This document shows positions 41,030 through 58,599 of a stretch of 64,000 nt of DNA, piece by piece. The position numbers and the translations under genes are program-made. This stretch comes from the human T2T-CHM13v2.0 reference genome, Homo sapiens. The notes under the pieces were generated by a model, which had not been told where the DNA came from, ran no database searches, and was given only the letters and a program-made list of their open reading frames with translations. How positions within the stretch are numbered: position 1 is the stretch's first letter; every line of letters begins with the position of its first letter. The stretch lies in the NCBI RefSeq assembly GCF_009914755.1, contig NC_060935.1; one strand, written 5' to 3'.

Positions 41030-41343
41030 GCCGGGCACGGTGGCTCATGCCTGTAATCCCAGCACTTTGGGAGGCCGAGGCGGTGGATCTCGAGGTCAGG
41101 AGATTGAGACCATCCTGGCTAACACGGTGAAACCCGGTCTCTACTAAAAATACAAAAAAATTAGCTGGGCGCAGTGGCGGGTGCCTGTAGTCCCAGCTAC
41201 TCGGGAGGCTGAGGCAGGAGAATGGCGTGAACCTGGAAGGCAGAGCTTGCAGAGCTGAGATCGCGCCACTGCACTACAGCCTGGGGGACAGAGGGAGACT
41301 CCATCTCAAAAACAAAACAAAACAAAACAAACAAACAAAAAAC
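41030..41343 (+). mobile_element. AluY with (CAAAA)n tail
   Basis: accatcctggctaacacggtg; TSD cagatag(t/c)tcatc at 41017-41029 and 41345-41357. Confidence 0.94.
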
Positions 41344-42623
41344 CCAGATAGCTCATCAGTGTACACAATTGGCAAAACCCCCTGTCACGGTCAGTAAACT
41401 TTGAGGACCTGCTCTGAAGAGTATAACAACCTATGGACTGAATGCTGAATATTTGTTGGTGTCAGAAATAATGCTGATGACATCATGACTTTTGCTTTTC
41501 TAGTGGGGCTCAAGAAAGTTACAATTCTCACATTTTTCTTATGAGGCTAAGAGGGGAAAGGGTCTGTTATGTCCCCTTAGCATAAGGCCAAAAGAGGGGC
41601 TTAGCTTCATGTGCAAGGTCACCCATTACCATATTGGGCAGGGAAAAATGGATGGGAATGAACTTATGTTCTGTATAGGAAAATTTCTCCAAGGAGCACC
41701 TTGATATTCACTAATGCCAGCTAAAAGGCAGTAAAGATGAGGCTCTGTATAACTAAGGAAGGTCATTCCAACTTTTCTCTTCAGCAAGAGCATGAGAGCT
41801 TCTCTTCAATTCTTGGCAAAGCCCAAGATAAATCTCTTCATTTACTGTCTCATTTGGGCTTCATATTGTCTTATTGAACAGTGGCATAATACATGTCAAT
41901 TCACATGATTTACACTGGAAATTCATTCTTTTATATAATTAGGAAAGGTACTGTGGAGTCTCTTCAAAAACCTTCCTTTATCCAGGTAAATAAAAATCCA
42001 GTATTTCTTCATAAGTAGTGTTGTTGAACCACCACACTGCTTTGTGTTTAGCTCTGAGGGTTTTATCTATTAATGAGAAAATCAAGTTCTTCACAGAATA
42101 TAGACTAGTCTTTTAAGCAGACAATACACTTGTTAGGGAGAGTGTTTTAAACCAAAGTCACGAATTAAGAGAGGTTACACCTTGGGAAGAAAATTCCTAA
42201 TGTGAGCCCTTGATTCAATGATTGACTTTGACAAGGAGTGTGGCAGTTACTCTTTGCCTTGTCCTCTCAAGCAGGTTTTACATTTGACTAGATGTTTAAT
42301 TTTACATGGTATTATATTAGAAATGAGATACTTACACTTTAAAATATTGATCGATACTAGTGGCATGCAAAATTCCTATAATTCTCCCCGTACAGCTTAA
42401 TAGGTAGCACCTTGTAAAGGCTCAAGTGAATACAAAGCCTGAGACTCATGTCTAATGGGAAGTGGGTGTTCTTCAGCCCAAAGAAAGGGTAAATTTTTGA
42501 TGGTTGGAGAGTAAATGCGTTGTTTGCATCTGATAGCCTATAGGAATGTGATACATTTAGACTGATTACAACATAATCAGATTAAGCAGTAAATCATGTG
42601 CTTTTCAAAAAACATGCCATTTG

Positions 42624-42929
42624 GGCGGGGCGCGGTGGCTCACACCTGTAATCCCAGCACTTTGGGAGGCTGAGGCGGGTGGATCATGAGGTCAGGAGAT
42701 CGAGACCATCCTGGCTAACACGGTGAAACCCCATCTCTACTAAAAATACAAAAAATTAGCTGGGCATGGTGGCGGGTGCCTGTGGTCCCAGCTACTCGGG
42801 AGGCTGAGGCAGGAAATGGTGTGAACCCGTGAGGTGGAGCTTGCAGTGAGCCGAGATCGCGGCACTGCACTTCAGCCTGGGGGACAGAGAGAGACCCCGT
42901 CTCAAAAAAAAAAAAAAAAAAAAAAAAAA
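42624..42929 (+). mobile_element. AluY
   Basis: gagatcgagaccatcctggctaacacgg; TSD atgccatttg at 42614-42623 and 42931-42940. Confidence 0.95.
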
Positions 42930-44899
42930 GATGCCATTTGATCTAATTAATTTTCAAGTTGTCGACTGCTTTTCCTGCTCTTTCTGAAATACATCTCTCT
43001 GATTTCTCTGTTAGTGAGTTGTCTGCCTGATAGATTCAAATTTTCTATCTCTATCTCTTTTCCGGGTGAGAGACAGTGAGAGGAGTTTATCTTGTTCTTT
43101 CTTTGGTGCTTCTTGTATAAATCTCAAAAGGTATTGATGGTGGAGGAGAACACTTGAAAAGGGTTATTACATTTCACTCATCTTTATTGACTTCATGGAT
43201 CTCATGATTATCAGCATAATGTAAAGTGTCACATTTGACTATTTTTCTCAGTCAGGATTATTAATTTTTGCAAATTGCTCATCATAAAGCTTTGCCATAG
43301 TAGGACTTTTATAGCTATCTGACTGTAGTTCTCCTGTTCTGAATACAGTCAGGGAACTTTCATTCATTTATTCATTCAGTATCTGAATTTGGCTAGGTTC
43401 TCTTCCAGATAGTAGAAATGCTGACTTGAAAAAGACAGACGAGGCTCCTTATCTTAAGGTGCTTACAGTGTGCTGGGTAAAACAAGCTAAGTGATGGAGA
43501 CTGACCAGGTGGTTAGGAGTTACTTTATATAGGGTGCTTAGGGAGGGTGTCTAGTGCAGGAGATATCTAAGCAGGTACAGGAATGCTGTGGTCAGTGTTC
43601 CATTTCCTCCAGACCCGGAAGATAATTGGTGGTAGCAGCAGTCAGGAAGTACACACACAACTTCAGGATGGATATGATGGGCCCAAGGGTACTAGGAAAG
43701 CTATTTCCTCCTTCCTTAGCCAGGTGATCTAGGAAGGCAGGCCCAGCCACTACCAGAGTCTTGAAGACCCCTGTGGGTCATGGAAGCTACCGTGTCACAT
43801 GCTGAAGAGCTGAGGAATGCGTCTGAATGGATCGTCCAAATGGGGAGGTTCTGAGAGACCAGGAAATAACCAACATATAGGGTGGTTAGAATGTATAAAA
43901 ATAATATATAAAGAAAGAATGTATAATGTAAGGGTAGTCCTGGATGAGAACTTAAAAATAGGGCCTCTGCTTACTGCTGTTTTCATTTTCCCAGAAACAT
44001 TCTTCATAAATTGGCTAAATCCAATTAAATGTCCCAAATTGACTAGGGAAAATGCTTACTACCGGACTGGGTGAAAGTGTTAAGAGTAGTGTGCTGCCGT
44101 ATTTTACTCAGAAAAGCTAACTGATGGCCAGGTGTGTGTGTGGGTGTCAGGTGGGGCGGGGGTTTGGTGATAGTGTGTTTAAGCACACAATCTTATAAAA
44201 TGTTTCTTCCATCTCTTCCTGTTGCCTGAGCCTATTTCCAATCTTATGTGAGTTTATGATTAACTTTCCACAAAAATAAAACTTTTATAAATGTCAAAGA
44301 ATTACATTTTTGGAAGAATGTAAAAGAAATAAGATATTTACTTAGAATTTTGAGTAATTTACATAGAAAAGTTTACGATTTATGGCCAAAAAGAGTTAAA
44401 GAAAGCTGAAAAAAATGATACTTTAAAACAACAATAATAAAAATACTGAAGTTTTAGGATTCATAGAAAGTATACTTTATCGAAAAATTCTGTTTTAATG
44501 CAAAGTTTAGTATCTAAATAGATCATCAGTTTTCTCCATAATATCAGATTAAACAGCAACAGAAATGAATTTTTTTTTCTGTTACATATTAGCTTGTTCT
44601 AGCTTTAAAGTTTATAAAGGGAAAAAAGAAACCTAAGACTTAAATTTTGATAATTGTCGAAATGTATGGCAAAAATAGACAATGAGTTCTTGCATTGTAA
44701 CATTGAAATATCAAACCCTTAAATTCCCTGTGACAGTGATGTCATTTCTTTTAACTGTAAATTCAAAGCATAAGTAAGCGTCTAAGATATTGAGACTTCC
44801 CATCTCAGTGGGTCCATTTGGTGAGAGCTACAGCAAGTAGGCTGGACTGGGTCACATGACCTGTGCAGCTCCACATTCTTAGGTACCCATGAGACTTAC

Positions 44900-45125
44900 A
44901 CAATGTCAGCACAGACTAAGTGCCAAGGGCATGTAATGTATTTTGTTTAATCCTCATGACAATCCATACAGTTAACAGTAATATCCTTATTTTTTAAATG
45001 AGGAAATTGAAATACAGAGAAATTAAATTACTTGATTAAAGTCATGCATTTAGTAGACTGCGGAACTGCGATACGAACCCAAACATGTTTAATCCCAAAT
45101 TTATGTTGTTTTTGCTACACCACAC
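44900..45125 (-). mobile_element. MIR SINE
   Basis: tttaatcctcatgacaatcc...aaatgaggaaattgaaatacagagaaattaaattacttg. Confidence 0.6.
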
Positions 45126-45194
45126 TATCTAAGATACTTCTTGGCTTTGTGGGCGTGAAAAAGGCAACAGTAACCTTTCTGTTTTTCAGTGCGG

Positions 45195-45645
45195 TATATT
45201 TTTTAGGGTAAATTATACTAGTCACAACTTCAGAATATCCTCTCCATCTCAGTGGCTTAAAATAGCTGAATTTTATTTCTCATTTAAATAGAGTCCAGTT
45301 GGGTGTGTCTAGCTGACAAGTGGCCTTTGATGTCATCCTTTAGGGATTCAAGATTCTCGGTCTTGTAGCTCTGTCCACCCCTTAGCCCTCAGAGTTTTCT
45401 CCAGGCAGCTGAAAGGGAGAAAGAGAAAAGAGATAAAGGGAAAGAGACAGCATGGAAGATACCTGAGGGAGTTTTTAAATTATTTTTCGGTGGGGTGGAG
45501 GGGCAGGCTTAGAAGTGGGGCACAACCTTTCCACTTCCATTCCATAGCCACACTCAACTTCAAGGGAGGCTGGGAAGTGTAGTAGAGCTGTGAATCTGGG
45601 AGGAAAACAAAGTGGGTTCCAGGAGAGCTGACCAGTCTTGCCTTC
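45195..45645 (-). mobile_element. MLT1J-like MaLR LTR
   Basis: atctcagtggcttaaaa...ttttatttctc...aagggaggctgggaagtgtagt...ccagtcttgcc. Confidence 0.6.
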
Positions 45646-45941
45646 AAGCTTTGATACATGAACTTGTTTCCCCTTTTCCTTCTGATAAGTAAGCCTAGTT
45701 AGGAATTTTACTTTATTTGAATGAGTTAGGTTTTCACGTTGCTCTATTAGGAAATAAAGAACCTGTCTGTGACAGCAGGACATCCCAGGATATATTAATC
45801 ATGTCCTCTTTTGTTCAGTGTTGATTTAAAAGTTCTACCAAATTATTTACTGTTTTTGTTTTCCTGTATTTTAACTCTTTGATAAATAGTAGCTTGGATG
45901 GGGCTTTTGTGGCTGAAACTGCCCTTCATTGCTTGTCTAGA

Positions 45942-46165
45942 GAGGCAGTAGGGCAAGGTGGTCAATAGTACAGACTATAGGATCTGATTTCAAATCCCAG
46001 CGGTGTCACTCACAAGCTGCTTAACCAAGGACGAGTTATTTGACCTTGCTAAGCCAAGAACACCCACCTGAGGGTGTTGTTATGAGGATTTAGTAAATTA
46101 ACATATAGAAGCCCTCAATACACAATGTCGGCACACATTAAGTGTTGTATAAGTGCTGGCTGTTA
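45942..46165 (+). mobile_element. MIR SINE
   Basis: gaggcagtagggcaaggtggtcaa...ttcaaatcccagc...gttgttatgaggatt. Confidence 0.55.
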
Positions 46166-46959
46166 TGTCTGCTCTTTCAGCTCCACTTTATTCTTCATTC
46201 AAAACTCAGTGTAGTGTCTCCTTTGGAAAGTTTTCTCTGACTATGGCAGGCAGAATTCTGTTTTGTTTTTTTTTTCCCTTTCTGCTTCCAGGAAACATTG
46301 AATTTAATGCATTGAATTATAAGGTGTGTCCATGCATGTGTCTGTCTCAGGCATTAGATCTAAAGACAAGAAATTGGCCATTCTAAATTTGCCTGTATGT
46401 ATCCCCATAGCCAGCACAGCACAGCACAGTGTCATACACATTGCAGGCAATCAGCTATTTGCTGATGTGAAGGAAACCTCGTTAACCAGAGTACCCTATA
46501 TATCAGAAAGCTCAGTTTCCTTACCACACTGGAGAGCAAGGAGTTCACTATATTAGCTGTGACTTTCATTTTAGTTGACTTGGGTGACGCCAGATTTAAG
46601 TGACAGATCACTGTGCCCTACCTGCCTTTTTACATGATCCAGTCCACCCAAACTGTCCCTCAGGGACCAGCAGCCTTTGTGCTAAGATTCTGATTTTACT
46701 TTGGCTGGCATTTATAGCTCCCCTTCTATAGGGGTACGTGTAGGAATGTGATAATTCAATTTCTTAGTTTGTGTTATCAGCATTAGTCTGTGCCGTGCAC
46801 ATTTCTTGTTTCATTCATTCACTTTTTTCTTGCCTCACCATTCCCACCAGGCCTGTGATAGGAAAATTCTGTGCGTATCCTTAGCTAATCGATAACATTG
46901 TTTTGCATGTGTGAATTTTTAGTTTACATACATTATGGACCTTGTTGGTTTTTTCTCTA

Positions 46960-47532
46960 TTTTTTAAACTGTTAATGTTAATATAACTTTAAGCTCACAG
47001 AAAACTTATAGGAGTGATACAAGGAACAATCATATTTGCCCAGATTCTGCATTATTTGGAAGGAAGAGAAAGCGTGTATTCATAGATGTGTATACTTATA
47101 TATACAAACAGTATTGTTATTTTGAACCCTTTGAGAGTTAAGTTGTAAACATCATGACCCTCTACCCCTAAATACTTCAGTGCCTATTTCCTAAGAACAA
47201 GACTTTCACTTAAGTATATACTGCCCAGTTAGCAAAATCAGGAAATTGAGTATCAATAAAATACTATTACATAATTTACAGATCTTATTCAAATTTTCCC
47301 AATTTTCCCAATAATGTCCTTTATGGGATTATTTCCCCCTGCCCTAGCATCTAATCCAGGATCCCATCTTGCGTATAGCTTTTATGTCTTTTTAAAGTCT
47401 CTCTTTTAATCTCCAACTGTTGTTCAGCCTTTCTTTATTTTTCATGACATTGACATTTTAAAGACCACAAGCAGTTATTTTGTGGACTGTCTTTCAATTG
47501 AGGTTTATCTGATGTTTCTTCATGATTAGATT
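46960..47532 (-). mobile_element. L1MC4/5-type 3' UTR fragment
   Basis: tgaaccctttgagagttaagttg...acccctaaatacttcagtg...tttcctaagaacaag...ttcatgacattgacatttt. Confidence 0.65.
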
Positions 47533-49992
47533 TCCTCCTCCCTCCTCAGCAAGTTTTCTTTTTAAAAAAAATACTGTTTTTAAACTCTCTTCATGTTGAT
47601 ACATCTGTATCCAGTTTGTTGATTCCACCTGCTGCACAGAATTCCCTAATGCAGACTGCCTCTTGGAACAGATTGGCAGGGCTGCCAGGAAGGCAGCATC
47701 CGGCAGAGCTTCCTTGGCATCAGGATGGTGTCTTTGTGGGGGCTGTATGACATGGGAAATGAGAACACCACTTTGACACATGTGCCCTGGGTCACCCTGC
47801 TTTAGCTGGTGATAGTGGGCCTCAGATGTTTGCTTCTTCAACTATTTCTAAGGCACACGGAGCTATTATGCTTTGCAAGATAAGGTAGGATAGGAAGTTA
47901 ATCTCTTTGATTGTTTTTTCCTTCATTAATTCATGCATTTAATAAATATTGATTAAGGGCCTACTCTGCTCATTGGAGCTTATCTTCTAGCCTATTGAAT
48001 ACATAAAATAAACTTTTGAATCGAAAGCTCGTCTAACTGTGACAGAGGCAAAGTTGTTAAAATTGAGGTTAAGGTAAATGGTTCAACATTTTCAATTTAT
48101 TAGTAAAATAGCCTTATAGAAATCATGCTTCTGCCTCGTCACCCAAATACAGTGATTTCCATTTCTCCCTGGCCTCTTTTGGTATTTACCAACATTGAAC
48201 ATCATTTGTGCCTCATTATCTCTATAGGGCATAAATAATTTTGCATTCCCTTTTTTCCAGTGAAAAATATTTTGTATATACTTTCCCTTGTTTCATAACT
48301 TGCATATTCATCACACTTAATGACTGTAGTAAATTCTTTCAAGCTGATCTATAACTTATGCATATCTCTTAAGTTGTAAATTTGCCTTGTGTCTAGTTTT
48401 TCCACTAATGTTAGGAGAAAAAATTTTAAAGGAAGTGTGTATCATGCTCCTGTGTTAAGGCAGTTTTGACAAATAGTTTCGTCTAAAATCGTTCATTCTA
48501 AGATACAAAAAAGGTTAGATTCCTGTAAAGAAAACACATTCTGTCTTCTTTTTAGGAAAACTTATTTTTTCCTGATTATGTTTTGAGTGTCCACTTATAA
48601 TGGAAGGATAATTAGTAGAGAAAGACCTGATGTGCTTGGAGCTTTGCCAGCTGAAAACCTTGCATGTATTAGGAAACAGCAGGTTTCCAGTGGGGAATAG
48701 TAGAGTAATGGACTGTGCAGCTAAGATATAAGACTGCAGCGCGACAGCTCCCAACTGCAGCAGGCTCACCATCACTCACTTTCCTTGACACAAGTGGACA
48801 GTCTTTCAGTTCTTCTGCACTTTCCTTGTGAGAACCACCGGAGGAATACATCGCCCTCTGGCAGGAGGCAGTCAGCTCCATCACAGCAGGGAGGAGTGAT
48901 GAGCTGTCCGTACCTCTGGACACACCTAGGAATGATTCCGCAGCCATTGCTCAGTCCTCAGCGAGGACTCAGGAAAGCAAGAAATGGACATAGTTCTCGT
49001 TTACAGATCACTGTGTTTCATCCCACCCAGAATCTTCTGAGCATCCAATGCTGAGAGGTACTTGCCCGGGGTGAGGTGGAAGCTCGTGATCAGTGGGTGG
49101 TTGCAGGGACTATTTCTAAAGAGGGCACGAATAAAAAGATTTGGGACCAACTAACCGGACCTTGGTAGGATGGAATAACTGAGACATTAATTGTTCGGTA
49201 GGCTCTGCTAGAAACTTCAAAGATCCTAGGTAGGGCTCTGACATCTTCTGTATTAGTTATGTGCCTGTATGGATCAGATGAGGATTTTCTTCATATATAG
49301 AATTTTTATCTTACTTTTCCTCCATGAGAGTGGGACCTTGTGTGTCTGGTTTCTTGCTCTATTTTCTGTTGCTTAGTGTGGAGCTTAGAGCATAAAAAGT
49401 GTTCAATAAATATTTGTTGGTTGGACGATGACTTAAGCTGTGTAGTTCTGTAGACTAAAAACATGATCATCTAGGCAGCTGCAATCTACTTGTTTAAAGG
49501 GTTCTCTCAGGTTACTGCAGAAATGAGTAGGACCTAAAGAAACCGAAGTCGGAGAATAGCAGGGTGCAAAGGAAAGTACAGTGGCTTTAGAGCCAGGCAG
49601 ATAAGAGTTCTTATCCCAACTCTACTACTCACTGCTGTCTTCACTTGGTTAACTCATTTATGATTCCTAAATCTGAGCTTTCGCACCTATAACATGCGTA
49701 TCAAACCACTTTCCCCACAGAGTTTGTGGGCAGTTCATTGCTCAGAGTGGACACTCAAAAATGTCACCTTCTTCCTCCCTCCCCTGCCAAAAGGGAGACA
49801 AAAGCAGGAGGGGCCCAGATGATGTGTCCAAGTGTTAGATCTCTACATTCATGTTATCTGTCATGTAAAGTGTGCCACATATTGGCTTCTCTTCATACAG
49901 CAGCTAATGGCATGCATACTTCAAACAGCATATGCACCTTTTGGTTCTGCTTTGAGCCTCTCTATTAGTAACTGTGTTCTTTGCCTTTACAG

Positions 49993-50089
49993 GATTTATG
50001 AGCGTGTGATAGACCCTCCAGATACCAACCTTCCCCCAGGAATCAATTTATGGCTTGGCCAGCGCAACCAAAAGCATGGCTTATTCAAA
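49993..50089 (+). CDS. NELL1: NELL1 internal coding exon (probably exon 5), 97 nt, phase 2-0
   Basis: Acceptor tgttctttgcctttacAG, donor AAA|GTAAGC. Translates (R)IYERVIDPPDTNLPPGINLWLGQRNQKHGLFK, the continuation of NELL1 after ...HVDCNR. Confidence 0.97.
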
Positions 50090-50549
50090 GTAAGCACTAA
50101 CGTTCTTTTTATTGAAGTATATATATAGGCGATGCTCAGTTTTCTGTGTTATTTATTGGAGCCGTGTTTATAATTACATTAGTGGGAAGGGCATGGCATA
50201 ATAGCTACTAATGTTTATTGAACACTTACTTTGTGACACATGCTTTTTTATGTGCTTGACATGAATAAACTGGTTTACTTGTCACAGTAATTTGTGAAGT
50301 AGGTGCTTTGAAACCAGGCAGAGAGTTAAGTGACTTGCCCAAGGTTATCCAGTTCACTCTGCTGCCAGGGATGGATGATCCAGAAGGCAAATGATCCTCA
50401 AAATGTTGACCTCCCAATTCTGAAGGATTTACGATAATCTTCAAACTGGTTTCCCTTCTCAGATTATATGTTAATTCAGTTTAGAGTAGATGTCTAGATA
50501 TGAAAAATACATCTCTGCTTCCTTGAGCTTTGGTTTAATTGCATTACTG

Positions 50550-50818
50550 GGAACAGAAAACCAAATACTGCATATTCTCACTTATAAGTGGGAGCTAAAC
50601 ACTGAATACACATGGACACAAAGATGGGAGCAGTAGACACTGTGGACTACTAGAGGTGGGAGGGAGAGAGGGAGCCATGGGCTGAAAAACTATTTGGTAC
50701 CATGCTCACTACCTGAGTGACTGGACCATCCATAGCCTAAACCTCAACATCATGCAGTATACCCATGTAACAAACCTGCGTGTGTACCCCCTACATCCAA
50801 AATTTTTTTTAAAAAAAC
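50550..50818 (+). mobile_element. L1PA15/16-type 3' end
   Basis: cagaaaaccaaatactgcatattctcacttataagtgggagctaaac...acccatgtaacaaacctgc. Confidence 0.85.
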
Positions 50819-51134
50819 TGCATTATTATACTTCACAGAAACATAAGGATACAGTGATAAAATAAATTTAAAAACTTAAAAATACCATGAAATTTTAAGA
50901 CAGTCTTGTTCTTTGAAAGAATGACACACTTTTGCTTCTGGCAATATGGCAGACTAGATATTCTAAAAATCCTTCTGCTTCAAAATGACTATAATGCTCG
51001 ATAAAATACCACAAAAATATTTTAAAATTCAGCATTGTACTTATACGAAAGGAATTCCTTGGGGACCAAATATATGGAGGGGAGAGAAAGCCAGAGGGGT
51101 ATCAGTACCAGAACTTAGAGCCTTAGGTTCCTTC

Positions 51135-52035
51135 TTTTTTATTTTTAAAAAATTAAGGTGTAATTCCGCATGTTCTCACTCACAGGTGGGAGTTGAACAA
51201 TGAGAACACATGGACACAGGGTGGGGAACATCATACACTGGGGCTGGGAGAGAGATAGCATTAGGAGAAATAACTAATGTAAATGACGGGTTGATGGGTG
51301 CAGCAAACCAACATGGCACATGTATACCAAGGTAACAAACCTGCACGTTGTGCACATGTACCCTAGAACTTAAAGTATAATAAAATAATACCAAAAAAAA
51401 GTAAGATGTAATTTACATACAGGAAAATTCATTCCATTTAATGTACAGTGTCACAAGTTTTGGAAAATCTACACTGTATTATAATCATCATTGTAATTGA
51501 GATAAAGAACCATTTCTTTATCTCCAAAAATTTCCATCCCCCTTTGTATTAAACCCTTCTCCTCACCCGAAGCCTTTAGCAACCACTGGTCTGTTTTCTG
51601 ACCCTGTAGTTTTGTCTTTACCAGAATGTTATATAAATGGAATCATTTATGTGTGTGTGTGTATTTACATAAGTTTCTATGTTGAGATTCACCAAGTTGT
51701 TGTGTGTATCAGTGGTTCATTGTTTTCTATTGCTGAGTAGTATTCCAGTTCTGTTGTATGAATGTATCATATTTTGTTTGTCCATTCTTCAGTTGATGGA
51801 CATCTGGGTTATTTCCAGTTTGGAACAATTATGAATAGAACCACTATAAACATTTGCATACAGGTTTTTGTGTGAACAGCGGTTTTGATTTCACTTAGGT
51901 AAGTGTGTAGGTGTGGGCTTACTGGGTTGTATATTAAGTGTATGTTTAAATTCACAGGCAACTGCTAAACCATTTTTCAAAGCAGCTGTGCCAGTTTTTG
52001 CATTCCCACCAGCAATCTATGAAAATTTCAGTTAG
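51135..52035 (-). mobile_element. Old L1M (MB/ME-type) 3' region, interrupted by a younger L1PA
   Basis: tagcaaccactggtctgttttctg...tgctgagtagtattcc...gttgatggacatctggg...cattcccaccagcaa. Confidence 0.75.
51166..51396 (+). mobile_element. 5'-truncated L1PA6/7-type 3' end
   Basis: gcatgttctcactcacaggtgggagttgaacaatgagaacac...aacttaaagtataa; TSD aaaa(t/g)taag(g/a)tgtaatt at 51149-51165 and 51397-51413. Confidence 0.88.
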
Positions 52036-52499
52036 AGCTTTAAATTTCAACCGTCTGTGTGGGATGGGAGAAATTACTTAGATCCCATGCGTGACTGAGT
52101 GTTGGAATGGAAATTTTTAAGGTAAAGCCAGTCCACTATCTAGCAGAAGGAGGCAATCCAGAAACTATCCTGTCTGCATCTCATCTCCAGATGAGAAAAA
52201 ATAATACTTCCCAGAGAACTAGTAAACCACAGCACTTGAAGGGTTGCAGACTTGACACCCAGATTTACTTTACCCATGAAGCTCAATAAAGTATATTAAA
52301 GTGACCCTGGATTAGGTACCTTGGGAGTCCTGATGAAGAAAATACAAATTATCTTTGGAGAAAGTCACTTTTGATGTAGACCTCAAAGGATGCCCACAGA
52401 TTAAGTCCATAAAATAGGAGCTCTAAAGCCATCACGAATGACAGTGGAAAGAAACAAAAAAATGCTCAGTTAGTCCTCACAGGGCTACAGAAAATGAAA

Positions 52500-54182
52500 T
52501 TAGCAGGTAAAGAATTTTTTTTTAATTTTTTAAAAAACTTCTGTTTAAAATGTTTGAAGAATCAAAATAATAAAGAATGTATGATGACTAGAGATAATAA
52601 ATAGGCCCAGAGATAGTTGAACTAAAAAGCACTTCCAAAAATGAAAGATACAGTTGTTGAAGTTAAAAAAGAAACAAAAACCAAAAACCTCAGTGAACCT
52701 GCTAAACAGATTAGACACAGGTAGGAAGAGCATTTGTGAAATGGAAAATATTGTTAAAATAATTAAACTAATAGTAGTGCTTCAGAGATAAAGAGAAGAA
52801 AATAGGAAAGAGGTTAAAATATAGAACAGATACATGTATATAAAAAAAGTTTACGTATCTGTTTAATATGTGTGAATATGTATGCATATCTATATAAAAT
52901 GGCTGTTCTGATGCCTCTATGTTTTCTAAGTGGCTTCTTAGATAGCTGAGATAGATAGCTTCTTAGATATGTATATTATTATAATATACATATATTTAAA
53001 AATTAAGGAAGATAATAAAGAATATATTATGTCTATATATGCATATATATTTGAAAATTCCAGATAGTAAACAGAGATAAAGGTTATGGGCACTATTATA
53101 AGTATAACGGGTAAGAATTTTCTAAACTTAATAAAAGACATTAATTCTCATTACTGAAAGAACAATGAAATAAAAGTATATGTTGTTGATTTCACATAGA
53201 AATCATAGAAAACATAGAGGCATCAGAACAGCCATTTTATTTAGCTCAAAAACCAATTTTTTTCTGCTTTGACCTGGCTAAGCTGATACTTGTTAGGCTG
53301 TCTCCCATGTCTGTGGTTAATTGGCATGCTAGCAGGTGGCAGGATGATCTGAGAGCCTCTTCACCTCTCTGGGGGTTGGCTGGCTGTTGACTCTTGTTCC
53401 TCAGTTGTCCTCACATGGTCTCTCATCTCCAATGGCCTAGCTCAGCTTATTTACATGTCATCCCTGGGATTCCAAGTATCGGAAGAGTGCAATCCCTAAA
53501 GTACTAATATTTTCAAGGCTTTGTTTGCTTGATCACATTTGCTAATGTTTTATTGCCCAAAGCAAGTCATATGGCCAACTCCAGAGTCAAAATGTAAATA
53601 AATAGACTTCATCTCTCGAAGGGCTGCTCCATGATATCACATTGCAAGGATATGGATGCAAGGAGGGAAGAATTTTTTTTGGCCACATCAGCAACCTATT
53701 ATACAAATCAAGATAAATAGACAGCCACACTTAGATATACTGGCAGAATAGCAGAACTCCAAAGACACAGAGAAGATCTTAAAAATAGCCAGTGACAAAA
53801 CACAAATTTTTCACAAAAGGATAACAAACTGAACAGCTGGTTTTTAAACAGTAAAAGCAGAAGTCAAAAGACAGTAGAAAAAGTGTTTTCCAAGTTTTGA
53901 GAGAAAATAACTTTCAAATGTAGTAGTATATACCAAGCTTAATTGTCATTTGAGAATGAGTGTGACATAAAGACATTAGTAGAGAAATGAAACTCTCAGT
54001 TTATAACCAATAGATCTTCATTTAAAAAACTTCCTGGAAGGAAGACATACAGTGCAAGAAGAATTGGAGAGCAAATGCATGTTGACAGTATGCACAAATC
54101 TCAGTGATTATTATTCTGAATGATTGCCATTATCCTTGTTTGATTAAAATATAATAATGCTTAATTTTAGAAAAATAATATT
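52500..54182 (+). mobile_element. Very old L1M ORF1-region remnants
   Basis: A-rich degenerate ORF1-like blocks (agaattttctaaacttaataaaagacat, agagaagatcttaaaa, cagaagtcaaaagacagtag), interrupted by an MLT1 LTR. Confidence 0.5.
53240..53702 (-). mobile_element. MLT1-family LTR
   Basis: cctcacatggtctctcatctcc...cacatttgctaatgttttattgcccaaagcaagtcatatggcc...aatagacttcatctct. Confidence 0.6.
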
Positions 54183-54195
54183 AAAAATATTGACA

Positions 54196-57963
<3,768 letters not shown>

Positions 57964-58599
57964 AAAAATATTGACAGCAATAAAATGTTAGTAAAGGTGA
58001 TCTGATTTAAAGTGTTCTAAGGCCTGATTTCAAGTGTTCTAAGTGGTCAGAAAAAGAATGGAGAAACTGATTAACTTTAGACTTTAAGTCTACATGTTAG
58101 AATTAAAACAATATCAAAATAATAGAAATCATGTTTAACTCCCAAACTCTGACATTTAAGTATAAGAGAAAAGGGGATTTTTTTTAAGCCTCATCAACCC
58201 AAAATAAGGTAAGAAGAGAAATATTTAATATAAGATACCATATATAATTCCATTTCACAATTGTTATTATCAATTTAAGTGATTTACACTTAGAATGAAA
58301 AATAAGAGTATTATATTGAATTCATAAAACCCAAAGCCTGTTGTATATTGCTTACAGTGAAACAATAAAAAATAAGGACTCATAAATGTTGATAGTGAGG
58401 TAGTTAAAAAAAAAAAAAAAAAAGAAAAATAGGCCAAACTAAACATGAGAAGGCTGGAGAAACTGCTGATTTCAAACTGCAAGGCCAAAAAGGTCACCAC
58501 ATAATAATAAGCTATTTTAAAGATGTATGTACTGAATAACATAATCTCAAACTGTATGTTGTAGCCTGGCAGAATAGCAGGCATGGATGGCCTACTCAC

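Noticed and set aside
49832-50128. 98-aa ORF containing IYERVIDPP...
   Set aside because: Only 49993-50089 is exonic; the rest is intron beyond clear AG and GT splice sites.
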